A stretch of DNA of 64,000 nucleotides from an uncultured Chlamydiae bacterium (GTDB taxonomy: Bacteria > Chlamydiota > Chlamydiia > Chlamydiales > Parachlamydiaceae): the NCBI GenBank assembly GCA_963754655.1, contig CAVWGN010000001.1, positions 320,001-384,000 on the forward strand, read 5' to 3'. The position numbers and the translations under genes were made by a program. Under the pieces are notes generated by a model. It was not told the DNA's origin, did no database searches, and saw nothing but the letters and a program-made list of their open reading frames with translations. How positions within the stretch are numbered: position 1 is the stretch's first letter; each line of letters begins with the position of its first letter. Positions 21,130 to 29,919 of the stretch are shown here, one piece after another.

Positions 21130-21158
21130 TTGCAAAAAAGAATCTTTAGAGATACAAT
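21130..21158 (+). promoter_or_regulatory. Promoter of tRNA-Arg
   Basis: TTGCAA-17 nt-TACAAT, 15 nt upstream of the tRNA. Confidence 0.65.
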
Positions 21159-21173
21159 CTACGTATCTTATTT

Positions 21174-21247
21174 GCACTGGTAGCTCAATTGGATAGAGTA
21201 CCCGGCTACGAACCGGGCGGTTGGAGGTTCGAATCCTCTCCGGTGCG
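21174..21247 (+). tRNA. tRNA-Arg (ACG), CCA not encoded
   Basis: Acceptor stem GCACTGG/CCGGTGC, anticodon arm CCCGG-CTACGAA-CCGGG, T-loop GGTTCGAATCC. Confidence 0.97.
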
Positions 21248-21886
21248 ATGTTTATTCAAGTTTTTCCATCTGGACCTTTTTCCACTAATGCTTATGTCGT
21301 CGCTTGTCCGAATAAGCGTGAAGCGGCTATTCTCGACCCCGCCCCTAATTCTTTTACGGATATTCAAACCTTTTTAACTAATCAAAATTTAAAAATTCAA
21401 AAAATTTTATTGACCCACTCGCATTGGGATCATATTGCAGATGTCACCTCATTCAAGGAAAAATATGCCATTCCTGTTTATATTCATTCCTTAGATGCTC
21501 CTAATCTTCAACAACCAGGAGTAGATGGTTTGCCTTGCTGGCTGTCTATTCCAGCTGTTCAACCCGACGTTTTATTGGAAGAAGGCATGCAAGTAGCAGT
21601 GGGAGAGTTGACATTTCAGGTGATGCATACCCCCGGCCACTCGCCAGGCAGTGTTTGTTTCTATGAGCCTCAGCAGCAGGTGTTATTTTCAGGTGATACT
21701 TTATTTAAGGGAACGATTGGCAATCTTTCCTTTCCTACCAGCCAGCCCTCTCTAATGTGGCCTTCTTTAGCCAAACTCGCTCAATTGCCTCCTCAGACCC
21801 GTGTCTTTCCAGGTCATGGGCCTGCAACGACAATCGAGTCAGAATCTGCTTGGCTGCTCGATGCCAAAAAGTTATTTGACTATTAA
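21248..21886 (+). CDS. MBL-fold metallo-hydrolase (glyoxalase II/YcbL-like)
   Basis: THSHWDH, HTPGHSPG, SGDTLF and PGHG motifs; ATG immediately after the tRNA. Confidence 0.9.
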   Translation: MFIQVFPSGPFSTNAYVVACPNKREAAILDPAPNSFTDIQTFLTNQNLKIQKILLTHSHWDHIADVTSFKEKYAIPVYIHSLDAPNLQQPGVDGLPCWLSIPAVQPDVLLEEGMQVAVGELTFQVMHTPGHSPGSVCFYEPQQQVLFSGDTLFKGTIGNLSFPTSQPSLMWPSLAKLAQLPPQTRVFPGHGPATTIESESAWLLDAKKLFDY

Positions 21887-21949
21887 CAAGAAAAACTTTA
21901 TTCTAAGTAGTTTATTCTAAAAAATTACCGTTTGTAAGGAGGAATATCC

Positions 21950-22552
21950 ATGGGTGTGCTTGTCGGAAAACCTGCCCCAGATTTTAAAGCTAAAGCTGTA
22001 GTAAATGGAAAGATTATCAATGATTTTTCATTGCAAAATTATCGTGGGAAAAATGTGATTTTCTTTTTTTATCCCCTTGATTTCACATTTGTCTGTCCAA
22101 CGGAGCTGCATGCTTTTCAAGAATGTCTAGAAGAATTTGAAAAACGGCAAACACAGGTGATTGGTTGTTCTGTTGATAGTTGTTATTCTCATCTTGCTTG
22201 GCTCAATACTCCTAGAAGCAAGGGGGGAATTGAGGGAGTCGATTATCCTTTAGTTTCCGATCTCAATAAAACGATTGCGCGCGATTATGATGTGTTGATG
22301 ATGCATGAAGGCATTGCGTATCGCGGTCTCTTTCTCATCGACAAAGAGGGAATCGTACGCCATCAAATTGTGAATGATCTTCCATTGGGACGATCAGTTG
22401 ATGAAGCTTTGCGTATCTTAGATGCTCTTCTTTACTTCGAAAAAAATGGAGAGGTGTGCCCTGCCAATTGGCAACACGGCAAAAAAACTTTTCAACCTTC
22501 TTATGAAGGATTAGAAAAGTATTTTGCAGTGATAGATCAGCAGCAATCTTAA
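21950..22552 (+). CDS. ahpC: 2-Cys peroxiredoxin
   Basis: FYPLDFTFVCPTE and GEVCPANW motifs; AGGAGG RBS. Confidence 0.95.
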   Translation: MGVLVGKPAPDFKAKAVVNGKIINDFSLQNYRGKNVIFFFYPLDFTFVCPTELHAFQECLEEFEKRQTQVIGCSVDSCYSHLAWLNTPRSKGGIEGVDYPLVSDLNKTIARDYDVLMMHEGIAYRGLFLIDKEGIVRHQIVNDLPLGRSVDEALRILDALLYFEKNGEVCPANWQHGKKTFQPSYEGLEKYFAVIDQQQS

Positions 22553-22585
22553 AGAGAAATAGCCTCTTTCAGCTCTGACGATTTA

Positions 22586-22670
22586 GAAGGACAAAAAGGA
22601 CATAGGGACATAAAAGACGACATTTTTTTCTTGCGTCCTTTATGATGTCCCTTCCGTCCTTTTTTTCTGC
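22586..22670. terminator. Imperfect hairpin between convergent genes (possible bidirectional terminator or degenerate repeat)
   Basis: GGAC-rich arm (aaaaaggacatagggacataaaagacg) pairs with a GTCC-rich arm (cgtcctttatgatgtcccttccgtcctttttt). Confidence 0.4.
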
Positions 22671-22686
22671 CTAAATTTTTTGAATT

Positions 22687-23307
22687 TTATGCTAATTTTG
22701 AATAGGGTGGCGCAGATTGGTGGAAAGGATAAAGTTTTTGTTCAGGATAATATTCTATCAGATATTGCATTTGACCTGCACTTTCTTCTCCTGCCACATG
22801 AGAAATAAAGGCAAGTATCAAATCGATGCCACTTGAGACACCTGCCGAGGTCCAAATCTTCCCATCTTGATGATAGCGAGCATTGATGATATGAACATCG
22901 GCCCACTTTTTCAATTCTTCTTTAAGCAAATGATAGAGTGTGACCTGCTTTCCTTTTAATAATCCCGTTTCATACAAAATGAGGGTGCCTGTGCAAATAG
23001 AGAGAAGGAAATCTCCATATTTAAAAAATTCGCGAATAAATTCAATTGTTGCCGCATTATAGCGCTCGGTACGTGCGCCTTTACCGCCAGGGACAAGCAA
23101 GTAATCTAGCGAGGGACAATTGAAGTAATCATACTGCGTGTTGATATGCAAGCCTCGCCCACATGTTACGAAGCCTGCTTTGGGCCCAACCGTCACAATT
23201 TCTGGGCCAGAAGCAAAATCACGCCAAATCCCTACCATTTCCCAAGGGCCAGTTAATTCTAGCTCTTCCATGCCCTCAAATGATAGAAATCCAAAGCGCT
23301 TATCCAT
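22687..23307 (-). CDS. DJ-1/PfpI family protein (isonitrile-hydratase-like subgroup)
   Basis: ELELTGP, LLVPGG, catalytic SICTG and TSAGVSSGID motifs. Confidence 0.85.
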   Translation of the reverse strand: MDKRFGFLSFEGMEELELTGPWEMVGIWRDFASGPEIVTVGPKAGFVTCGRGLHINTQYDYFNCPSLDYLLVPGGKGARTERYNAATIEFIREFFKYGDFLLSICTGTLILYETGLLKGKQVTLYHLLKEELKKWADVHIINARYHQDGKIWTSAGVSSGIDLILAFISHVAGEESAGQMQYLIEYYPEQKLYPFHQSAPPYSKLA

Positions 23308-23465
23308 TTTTCCTCGTTTTCTTCAACTTTTATCGTATCAATAAACTGAAGGATTAAATTTTCACTTTTAATTTGTTTTATAACTTTATAATAAACTATA
23401 ATATCGAAATTATCAATTATTATTTGAATTAATCTTTTTTGATTGAAAATAAATTTACGAAAACG

Positions 23466-24194
23466 ATGGCATTTAATTTATCTCAACATGAAATTGCTGT
23501 TTGGACGATTGATTTACCTAAATTTTATGATCTTGCTGACTCTTATATTCTGCTATTGAGTCAAATAGAAAAAGAAATTGCGAATCGTTTCCTATTTCCG
23601 CATTTGAGAAACCATTATCTCATTTCTCATGGAATTATGCGAAAGCTCATTGCCTCTTATCTTGATCAAGATCCTACTCAAATTGAAATAAAGAAAACTT
23701 CTTTTGGAAAACCTTTTATCGCAAATCAATCTTTATCATTTAATCTTTCACATTCTCAAGACTATGCAATGATTGCCTTTGCTTTTGAGCGGGAAGTTGG
23801 CATTGACATTGAATATAAGCGGAAGGAAATTGTAGAGGATGATCTAGCAAGAAGCATTTTATCATTTAGCGAGTTTAAGAAATATCAGGAGCTCTCTTTG
23901 CTACAAAAAATTGATTATTTTTTTATTCAATGGACGCGTAAGGAAGCCTTTCTTAAAGCATTAGGGATTGGACTAAAGGGGGATTTAACACAAATTGACA
24001 TGCCAACTCAATTCAATGATGAATTCAATAATAAATTCTTTGAGATTGCCCCTTATGCTTCTCTCAGTCATTTAAATTGGTTATTAAATAATTTCTTTCC
24101 TTCTTCAAATTATGTCGCTTCCCTGGTTTGTCAATGCAATTCTTTTTTACCTAAAGTAAAATTTTATCATTATACCGAAAATTTGTTTCAGTAA
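23466..24194 (+). CDS. Sfp-type 4'-phosphopantetheinyl transferase
   Basis: FGKP, FNLSHS, VGIDIE and WTRKEAFLKALG motifs; probable ATG at 23466. Confidence 0.93.
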   Translation: MAFNLSQHEIAVWTIDLPKFYDLADSYILLLSQIEKEIANRFLFPHLRNHYLISHGIMRKLIASYLDQDPTQIEIKKTSFGKPFIANQSLSFNLSHSQDYAMIAFAFEREVGIDIEYKRKEIVEDDLARSILSFSEFKKYQELSLLQKIDYFFIQWTRKEAFLKALGIGLKGDLTQIDMPTQFNDEFNNKFFEIAPYASLSHLNWLLNNFFPSSNYVASLVCQCNSFLPKVKFYHYTENLFQ

Positions 24195-24208
24195 GCTAGG
24201 GAGCGTAC

Positions 24209-24640
24209 CTAAAAGATTAACCATTGTATAATACAAGCGATCGTCAACATTCCTGCATAATTTTGAGCTTTCATTTCGTATCTTATTCCAATACGCCTAA
24301 ATCGTTTTATAAACTGAAAAAAATTTTCTACCAAGCAACGCTCTCTGTAGATATGTTTATCATGTTCAATTAGTTCAGCTCTTGATACTTTGCTGGGTAT
24401 GACTGCTTGACTTCCCATCTTTTCTATAAAATTTCTGATTTCATTTGAGTCGTAAGCTTTATCAGCTATAACATTTTTTGGATTTTTTCCACTGAGTAAA
24501 AGCTTCATTTGAGTGCTCTCGTGTACTTGACCTTCTGTCAAGATAAAATCAATACAACGACCTAATCCATCTGTTACTGCATGAATTTTTGTGGTTGTTC
24601 CGGCCCTTGATTTTCCCATGGCTTCTTCGGCTTTTTTTTT
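24209..24640 (-). CDS. IS5-family transposase OrfB (DDE part, in the -1 frame)
   Basis: TKIHAVTD, ADKAYD, YRERCLVENFF and KRFRRI motifs; stop lies inside the TIR. Confidence 0.9.
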   Translation of the reverse strand, partial: KKKAEEAMGKSRAGTTTKIHAVTDGLGRCIDFILTEGQVHESTQMKLLLSGKNPKNVIADKAYDSNEIRNFIEKMGSQAVIPSKVSRAELIEHDKHIYRERCLVENFFQFIKRFRRIGIRYEMKAQNYAGMLTIACIIQWLIF

Positions 24641-24960
24641 ATCCTACAAGCATCTTGATGCGCTTCAACAATTGAGCTGTCTACAGAGTAATTTTCTTCG
24701 TCAATTTCATCTTTTAAAGCTTGCCAAATCGTTTGCCAGATTCCAGCCTTTGTCCATCGATTAAAGCGATTATAACATGTGCTCCAAGGACCATACTTGG
24801 GTGGTAGATCCCTCCAAGCGGCTCCTGTTCTTAAAATCCAAATAATGCCTTCTAAAATCTTACGATGAGGCCGACTTGGTCTGCCCCAATATCCTCGTTC
24901 TTTTGGCAATAAAGGTTTTATTTTTATCCATCTTTCATTAGTTAATACTATCCTACTCAT
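24574..24960 (-). CDS. IS5-family transposase OrfA (N-terminal part)
   Basis: WILRTGAAWRDLP..YGPWSTCYNRFNRW; VDSS; A9G slippery run at 24631-24640. Confidence 0.9.
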   Translation of the reverse strand: MSRIVLTNERWIKIKPLLPKERGYWGRPSRPHRKILEGIIWILRTGAAWRDLPPKYGPWSTCYNRFNRWTKAGIWQTIWQALKDEIDEENYSVDSSIVEAHQDACRIKKKPKKPWENQGPEQPQKFMQ

Positions 24961-25092
24961 TCAAATTTCCCCCTTGTTTTATCAGAGAAAATTATAAATC
25001 ATAAGAGTTATTATTTTAAATCTTTTAGGTACGTTCCCTAGTACTCCATTACATGAGTTTTTCGCTCTGGGTTCTAGGTGAGGGGATATGGA

Positions 25093-25982
25093 CCCACCGT
25101 TCGGTCGCCCTCCGGGCTCGGTCACGGTGGGCTAGGAACAGTCGTCCTCCGGACTCTAGCGGCATTATCAAAATGCCTTGACTAGCATTCTAGCAGCATT
25201 AACAAACATCTTATTACCAAACACCTTACCTAACATTCAATGGCTTCTACATTGCTGCTAGAGTCCGGAGGACGACTGTTATTAGCCCACCGTCGGGACT
25301 TAACAAAGAACTGTTTTGGACTTGATATTCGTCGCATCAATTTAACAACACCACGCCTGTAATAGACTTTAGAGGCATATTTCCCGAAAATGACGCGAAA
25401 AACATCAAGCCCAAAACAGTTCTTTGTTAAGTGCCGGCATATGGCTAGGTAATCGGAATTTTTATCTTTGTTTTTGCAATGTTGCTTGATCCATATCTTT
25501 TCCCTCAGCGACGAGCGGCGTTAGCCGCGCATGGATAGTAGCCGTGGGTGTAGGCGGAGCCGGAACCCACGGTTACCCAAAAAACAAATTTGAGCCACGT
25601 TAGTGGCGTAGCATTCGTTTAAATAAACATTGCTCCACAATCACATTTCCTACGCCACTAACGTGGCTTCATTTTTTTTACCATACACCGTGGGTTCCGG
25701 CTTCGCCTACACCCACGGCTACTATCCATGCGCGGCTAACGCCGCTTGAGCGACAAATTTAGCTTCTGGAGTTTGCCAGAAGCATTTCGTTCCTAGCCTA
25801 TGGCCGGGACTTAACAAAGAACTGTTTTGGGCTTGATGTTTTTCGTGTCAATTTTCGGGAAATATGCCTCTAAAGTCTATTACAGGCGGGGTGTTGTTAA
25901 ATTGACGGGACGAATATCAAGCCCAAAACAGTTCTTTGTTAAGTCCCGGCCCACCGTGACCGAGCCCGGCGGGCGACTGAAT
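25093..25982. repeat. REP-like doublet (second family) whose right arm is split by the composite
   Basis: Left arm ttcggtcgccctccgggctcggtcacggtgggctaggaacagtcgtcctccggactctagc; its reverse complement is restored by joining 25255-25292 to 25957-25982. Confidence 0.85.
25293..25949. mobile_element. Second copy of composite B-C-B' (657 bp), inverted relative to 712-1370
   Basis: Flanked by the 7-bp direct repeat cccaccg (25286-25292, 25950-25956). Confidence 0.9.
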
Positions 25983-26135
25983 GTTTCGCGTAGCCTACGC
26001 TTATCTCTTACCTTAACGCATAGGAATTTAAAACCATCCCAATAGGCAAAAAAACTCATGTAATGGAGTACTAGCGCCCAGAGACAATGTCATGCGTCGG
26101 TTCCATGAGGTCAATTAAAGTGCAAAGATTAACAA

Positions 26136-28496
26136 TTATTGATTCATTAAAATGAGGGTCTGCTGAGTAGGCCCTGAAAGAAGGGAAGTTGCACGGCCTT
26201 CTACCCAATCTTGATGCTGATCTCGATAATGAGGAGAGAGCGGATGACCGCTTTGGCCACAAGGCATTTGTAAAATGCCCTCCTTCTCATTTCCTGGAGC
26301 TACAACGAGTCTTTGTGAAGCCCCCTCCGTAGAGCTTATAACGCGCGGAACCCAATAATCTCCCGAAATAGAATCGGGTTTCATATTCAAAAAAACATCT
26401 GCTCCCGGAATCGCTCCGCTCAATGGATGAGAAATTGCCATTGTATTTCTTTTGCCCCATGTCTGTTCCTTTATTTTACCAGGAGGGGTTTTCTCTATCA
26501 TTTCATCTATAAAACTTAAAAGTTCCTTTTGCCAACTTCCATATTTCGGATTCGCAAGATAGTCCGGTTGTTGAGAGGCAATCAACCAAACAGGTTCTTC
26601 AAAGTCAAAGTGAGAAGCATGAAAAGAGGGATAAGCTAAAAAACAGGGTTTGAGAATTCTTTTAAGAACCTGTTGATAAACTTGTGCGCGAAATGAACGT
26701 ATCCAATAATAAGCAGCGGATTGAGCGGAAGCATGACCCTCCCAAGTGGAAATAACTTCTAAAAGTTCTTTTCTTTTTCCTTCCAAAAAGGGTGTCTTTT
26801 GAAGCGTTTGCATGAAAAGTTGATGCCACCTTTGAAAGAAAAAAGCTTCATCATCTAATTGAATAGATAACATCTTTTGTAATGTAAAATTAGAGGTTTC
26901 ATTCAAGCGACGTTGAATTTGATAGGCCCTTATTCCATTAATAAAATAGCTGCTGGACATCAGAGGATTTTTAGCAATATCTAGAGTGCGATTATTTGCT
27001 GTCCATAAAATCCCGTCTTTAGGATTCACAATTTTAGGATAGGAGCTCGGATCCATTTTTCCCAGCCATTGACAAGAAGGATCTTGCAACAAGATAGGAA
27101 GAGTGCCATCGAATCCCTGTCTCTCTGGCAGAGTTCCCACTAAAGTCCAGCCAATGTTCCCTTCACGATCGGCTAATAAACAATTTAAAATAGGCATTTT
27201 TATTTGCGGAATCTTGGCTAATGCCTCCTCAACTGAAGAAGCATTCTCTAGTTCCATGAGCTTTAAATTTAAACATTCAGGATCGTGGGCAATCCATTTT
27301 AGAGCAATGGGTTGATCAAAAAAATGATTGGCAAGCAAGGGTCCCCATTCTGTATCTGAAAATTCAATAATGTCAGGACTTTCTCCTTTAATGAAAATCA
27401 CTTCCTTGCGCTTGATCAGGGGTTTCCAACCTTCTACCGTCAAATAGTTCTCTTGATTTTCTGGATGAAGAGTGACCATGGCAATGTCTGCTGTATCCAG
27501 ATAAGCATTGGTAAATCCCCAAGCAATTTGGCCATTGCTTCCACAAATCATTAACGGCATGCCAGGAAGTGTCAATCCACAAATATCAACTTTATGAGAA
27601 TTTAAATTAAGGAAACGCGCCCTATACCAAATGGTTGGAACTGATAGACCAAGATGCATGTCACACGCAAGGATAGCTTTGCCATCTTTTGTCTTTTTTC
27701 CACTGACTGCCCAGTGATTGCTTCCTCCTAAGTGAGGCGCGTCTGCTTGAATTGGAATTTCCTCCATTGAGTGAACATCAAAGGAGTTCAAATAAGAGAA
27801 ATCTTCAGGAGGAGGAATAGGCACATAGGGGATTTTGCTTCCATCCAAAGGAGCGTCCCAAGGAGATCCCTGATGCAGAAAAAAATGACTAACGGAAGAA
27901 GGAAGCAGTCGATGCAAATATCCCTTCATTAAATCTTTTTCTCCTTCCGCATCTTGCAATTCGAAAAACAGATTTAATCCGACTAGTAAACTATCTTCTG
28001 GCTTCCAAGGTTGTGGAGAAGTGAAGAGCAGAAAATACTCAAATGGCTTTGCTTGTAAATGGGATAATCCCTGGTTGACTCCATGAGAATAAGCCTGCAA
28101 AATCTCTTGTTCTTCATGTGTTAATTGAGACCACATTTGTTTTGCGACCCGTCGAAGAGCATGGTATCGCCTTTTCTTATCAAATTCTAATGCAACTCTT
28201 CCCACTAACTCTGCTAGCTCTCCACTTGAGGCTCTTCGCAAGAGATCCATTTGAAAGAATCTTTCTTGAGCATGTAAAAATCCCAAAGCTTGCGCGATAT
28301 CTTCTCGATGGGAGGCCTGAATGGTAGGAATTCCTAATTGATCTCTATCAATGATCACTTGTTGTTTTAATCGGTCTAATGACAGATGACCTGTATGCAA
28401 GGGAAGGCTAGCGCGAAAGAGAAGGAGGATTCCTATTAAGCAGGCCAGCATGATTGCTGTGAAGATCATTAAGGCTTTCAACACATATTTTTTCAT
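26136..28496 (-). CDS. Penicillin acylase family Ntn-hydrolase, N-terminally anchored
   Basis: N-terminal TM; GFLHAQERFFQMDLLRR, G|SNHWAVSG nucleophile, DMHL, TANN and GQSGHPLSPHYRDQ motifs. Confidence 0.92.
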   Translation of the reverse strand: MKKYVLKALMIFTAIMLACLIGILLLFRASLPLHTGHLSLDRLKQQVIIDRDQLGIPTIQASHREDIAQALGFLHAQERFFQMDLLRRASSGELAELVGRVALEFDKKRRYHALRRVAKQMWSQLTHEEQEILQAYSHGVNQGLSHLQAKPFEYFLLFTSPQPWKPEDSLLVGLNLFFELQDAEGEKDLMKGYLHRLLPSSVSHFFLHQGSPWDAPLDGSKIPYVPIPPPEDFSYLNSFDVHSMEEIPIQADAPHLGGSNHWAVSGKKTKDGKAILACDMHLGLSVPTIWYRARFLNLNSHKVDICGLTLPGMPLMICGSNGQIAWGFTNAYLDTADIAMVTLHPENQENYLTVEGWKPLIKRKEVIFIKGESPDIIEFSDTEWGPLLANHFFDQPIALKWIAHDPECLNLKLMELENASSVEEALAKIPQIKMPILNCLLADREGNIGWTLVGTLPERQGFDGTLPILLQDPSCQWLGKMDPSSYPKIVNPKDGILWTANNRTLDIAKNPLMSSSYFINGIRAYQIQRRLNETSNFTLQKMLSIQLDDEAFFFQRWHQLFMQTLQKTPFLEGKRKELLEVISTWEGHASAQSAAYYWIRSFRAQVYQQVLKRILKPCFLAYPSFHASHFDFEEPVWLIASQQPDYLANPKYGSWQKELLSFIDEMIEKTPPGKIKEQTWGKRNTMAISHPLSGAIPGADVFLNMKPDSISGDYWVPRVISSTEGASQRLVVAPGNEKEGILQMPCGQSGHPLSPHYRDQHQDWVEGRATSLLSGPTQQTLILMNQ

Positions 28497-28500
28497 TCAA

Positions 28501-29919
28501 TCATTTTCCTTGAGATAAGACTAGGATATCAATTTTGGTCGAGAACTTTTTGCATGGTTTTCTTTCTCCCTGACATTGCATTTCATCTCTATAAATGAGT
28601 TCAATTAGAGGAGCTAAAGAAAGCCGCTTATACAGATCAGGCGTGATTTGCATCACTAAATGGGGATTAAATTGATAAAATTGGATCCAGGGTAATCCAA
28701 GATCGGATTGATCTTCAACAATTTGATAGTGCTTATACCCTTTCGGTAACAAAGAGCGATTTATTAAAAAAATGATGCTATTGGCAGGAATTGGAATGTC
28801 TAAATCTTTTAATAAAGTGAAGCCGCCATCTCTCTTAGTGACGCGAAAATAATGGATTGCATTGTAATCGGAGCTCATTTTAAATTTTTGTTGTAAATGA
28901 GAGGCAAAAATCGTCAAACTATCATGAAAAGGAATTTCAAAAATTTCCACATTCTGCCTTTCTGGCCATACATTAATATTTTTTAAAGGAAAATCAGGAA
29001 GGCTCTTTTCACCCAATGGCTTCAATTTGATCCCATTAGAATAGGCAATATCTTCTTCCTTTAAATCAGGTCGCATCAGGGAAAGTTCTTTTGCCTGTTG
29101 ATCGAGATTGTCTTCCTCTTTTTTATCAATTAAGCCCCGCAAAACCATGCTGATGCGCTGTCCTTTAGAGGATCCAGCTTGTTCTGTTCCATTCACATCC
29201 TCCGGAGATAAAACAGTGTGATAAGGAAGAAGAGCTGCGCCAGGATCTGTAGGACAATTGGATTCTTGATAGGTGATAGGTTCAACAGAAAACATGTTGA
29301 CTTCATCTTTGGGAAGCAAGGAAATTAAAAAGCGATCGTGACCAATAGGATCATGAAAAAGTGTTCCCGAAATTGTGAAATCAGCCATGTCCCAGTCAAT
29401 TAACGCTAAGTCGTGAACGAGAGCATAGTGTTGCTCTGGATGGAAATGCTCTTGTATATATTTAAACTGCCGAGGAAAGCTATCGCGATGAAAGGAGTGT
29501 GCATCATGGCTGACAATGAAATTAATTTCTCTAGTGACTCCCATGAGATGAATATTGAAGATTTTTTCAACAATCTCTTTGGCTTTTTGCGCATATTCAT
29601 TGAGAACTTTTTGTCCTGTTGGATCTTGAATTTCTGAGGATAGTTGAGATCCCTCTCCCCCTTCAGGCAAAATAGAAGCAATCGCAGACATTTCTGTTGT
29701 TCTTGGATTAAAATAGGTATCGGGCACTAATTTAATTTGCCTTGCATTAATTTGTTTAATTAATTGTTGTCCGATCTCATGCTTTTCGGGTGTCATATAA
29801 AAATAAGTCTTTGTTTGACCAAATTTAATCACCCAGATGTCTTGATTGTTAAGATGACCTGGTAAGCTTGGAAAATAAGAGGTGATAGGTAAAGAGGAAG
29901 AAGAAAGGAGGGGGTTCAT
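28501..29919 (-). CDS. Hypothetical protein with a possible 2OG-Fe(II) oxygenase motif set
   Basis: ATG at 29919 overlaps the upstream stop (ATGA) and has a GGGAG RBS; FHRD...YHTV...RISMVLR resembles HxD...H...RxS. Confidence 0.5.
   Translation of the reverse strand: MNPLLSSSSLPITSYFPSLPGHLNNQDIWVIKFGQTKTYFYMTPEKHEIGQQLIKQINARQIKLVPDTYFNPRTTEMSAIASILPEGGEGSQLSSEIQDPTGQKVLNEYAQKAKEIVEKIFNIHLMGVTREINFIVSHDAHSFHRDSFPRQFKYIQEHFHPEQHYALVHDLALIDWDMADFTISGTLFHDPIGHDRFLISLLPKDEVNMFSVEPITYQESNCPTDPGAALLPYHTVLSPEDVNGTEQAGSSKGQRISMVLRGLIDKKEEDNLDQQAKELSLMRPDLKEEDIAYSNGIKLKPLGEKSLPDFPLKNINVWPERQNVEIFEIPFHDSLTIFASHLQQKFKMSSDYNAIHYFRVTKRDGGFTLLKDLDIPIPANSIIFLINRSLLPKGYKHYQIVEDQSDLGLPWIQFYQFNPHLVMQITPDLYKRLSLAPLIELIYRDEMQCQGERKPCKKFSTKIDILVLSQGK

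Larger units (their letters stand above)
24199..25038 (-). mobile_element. IS5-family insertion sequence (IS427-like group), 840 bp
   Basis: TIRs gggagcgtacctaaaagatt / aatcttttaggtacgttccc; TA (or CTAG) duplication; two-ORF DDE transposase. Confidence 0.92.
25039..26073. mobile_element. Nested element, shell 'A' carrying a REP doublet and the B-C-B' composite
   Basis: Ends tagtactccattacatgagttttt / aaaaactcatgtaatggagtacta. Confidence 0.85.

Noticed and set aside
21189..21377. 62-aa ORF overlapping the tRNA, and the TTG start at 21221
   Set aside because: Both begin inside the tRNA gene; the hydrolase fold begins at the ATG at 21248.
25827..26262. Short ORFs at 25827-26045 and 26071-26262
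   Set aside because: One lies inside repeat DNA and the other is an alternative frame over the acylase 3' end; neither has recognisable motifs.
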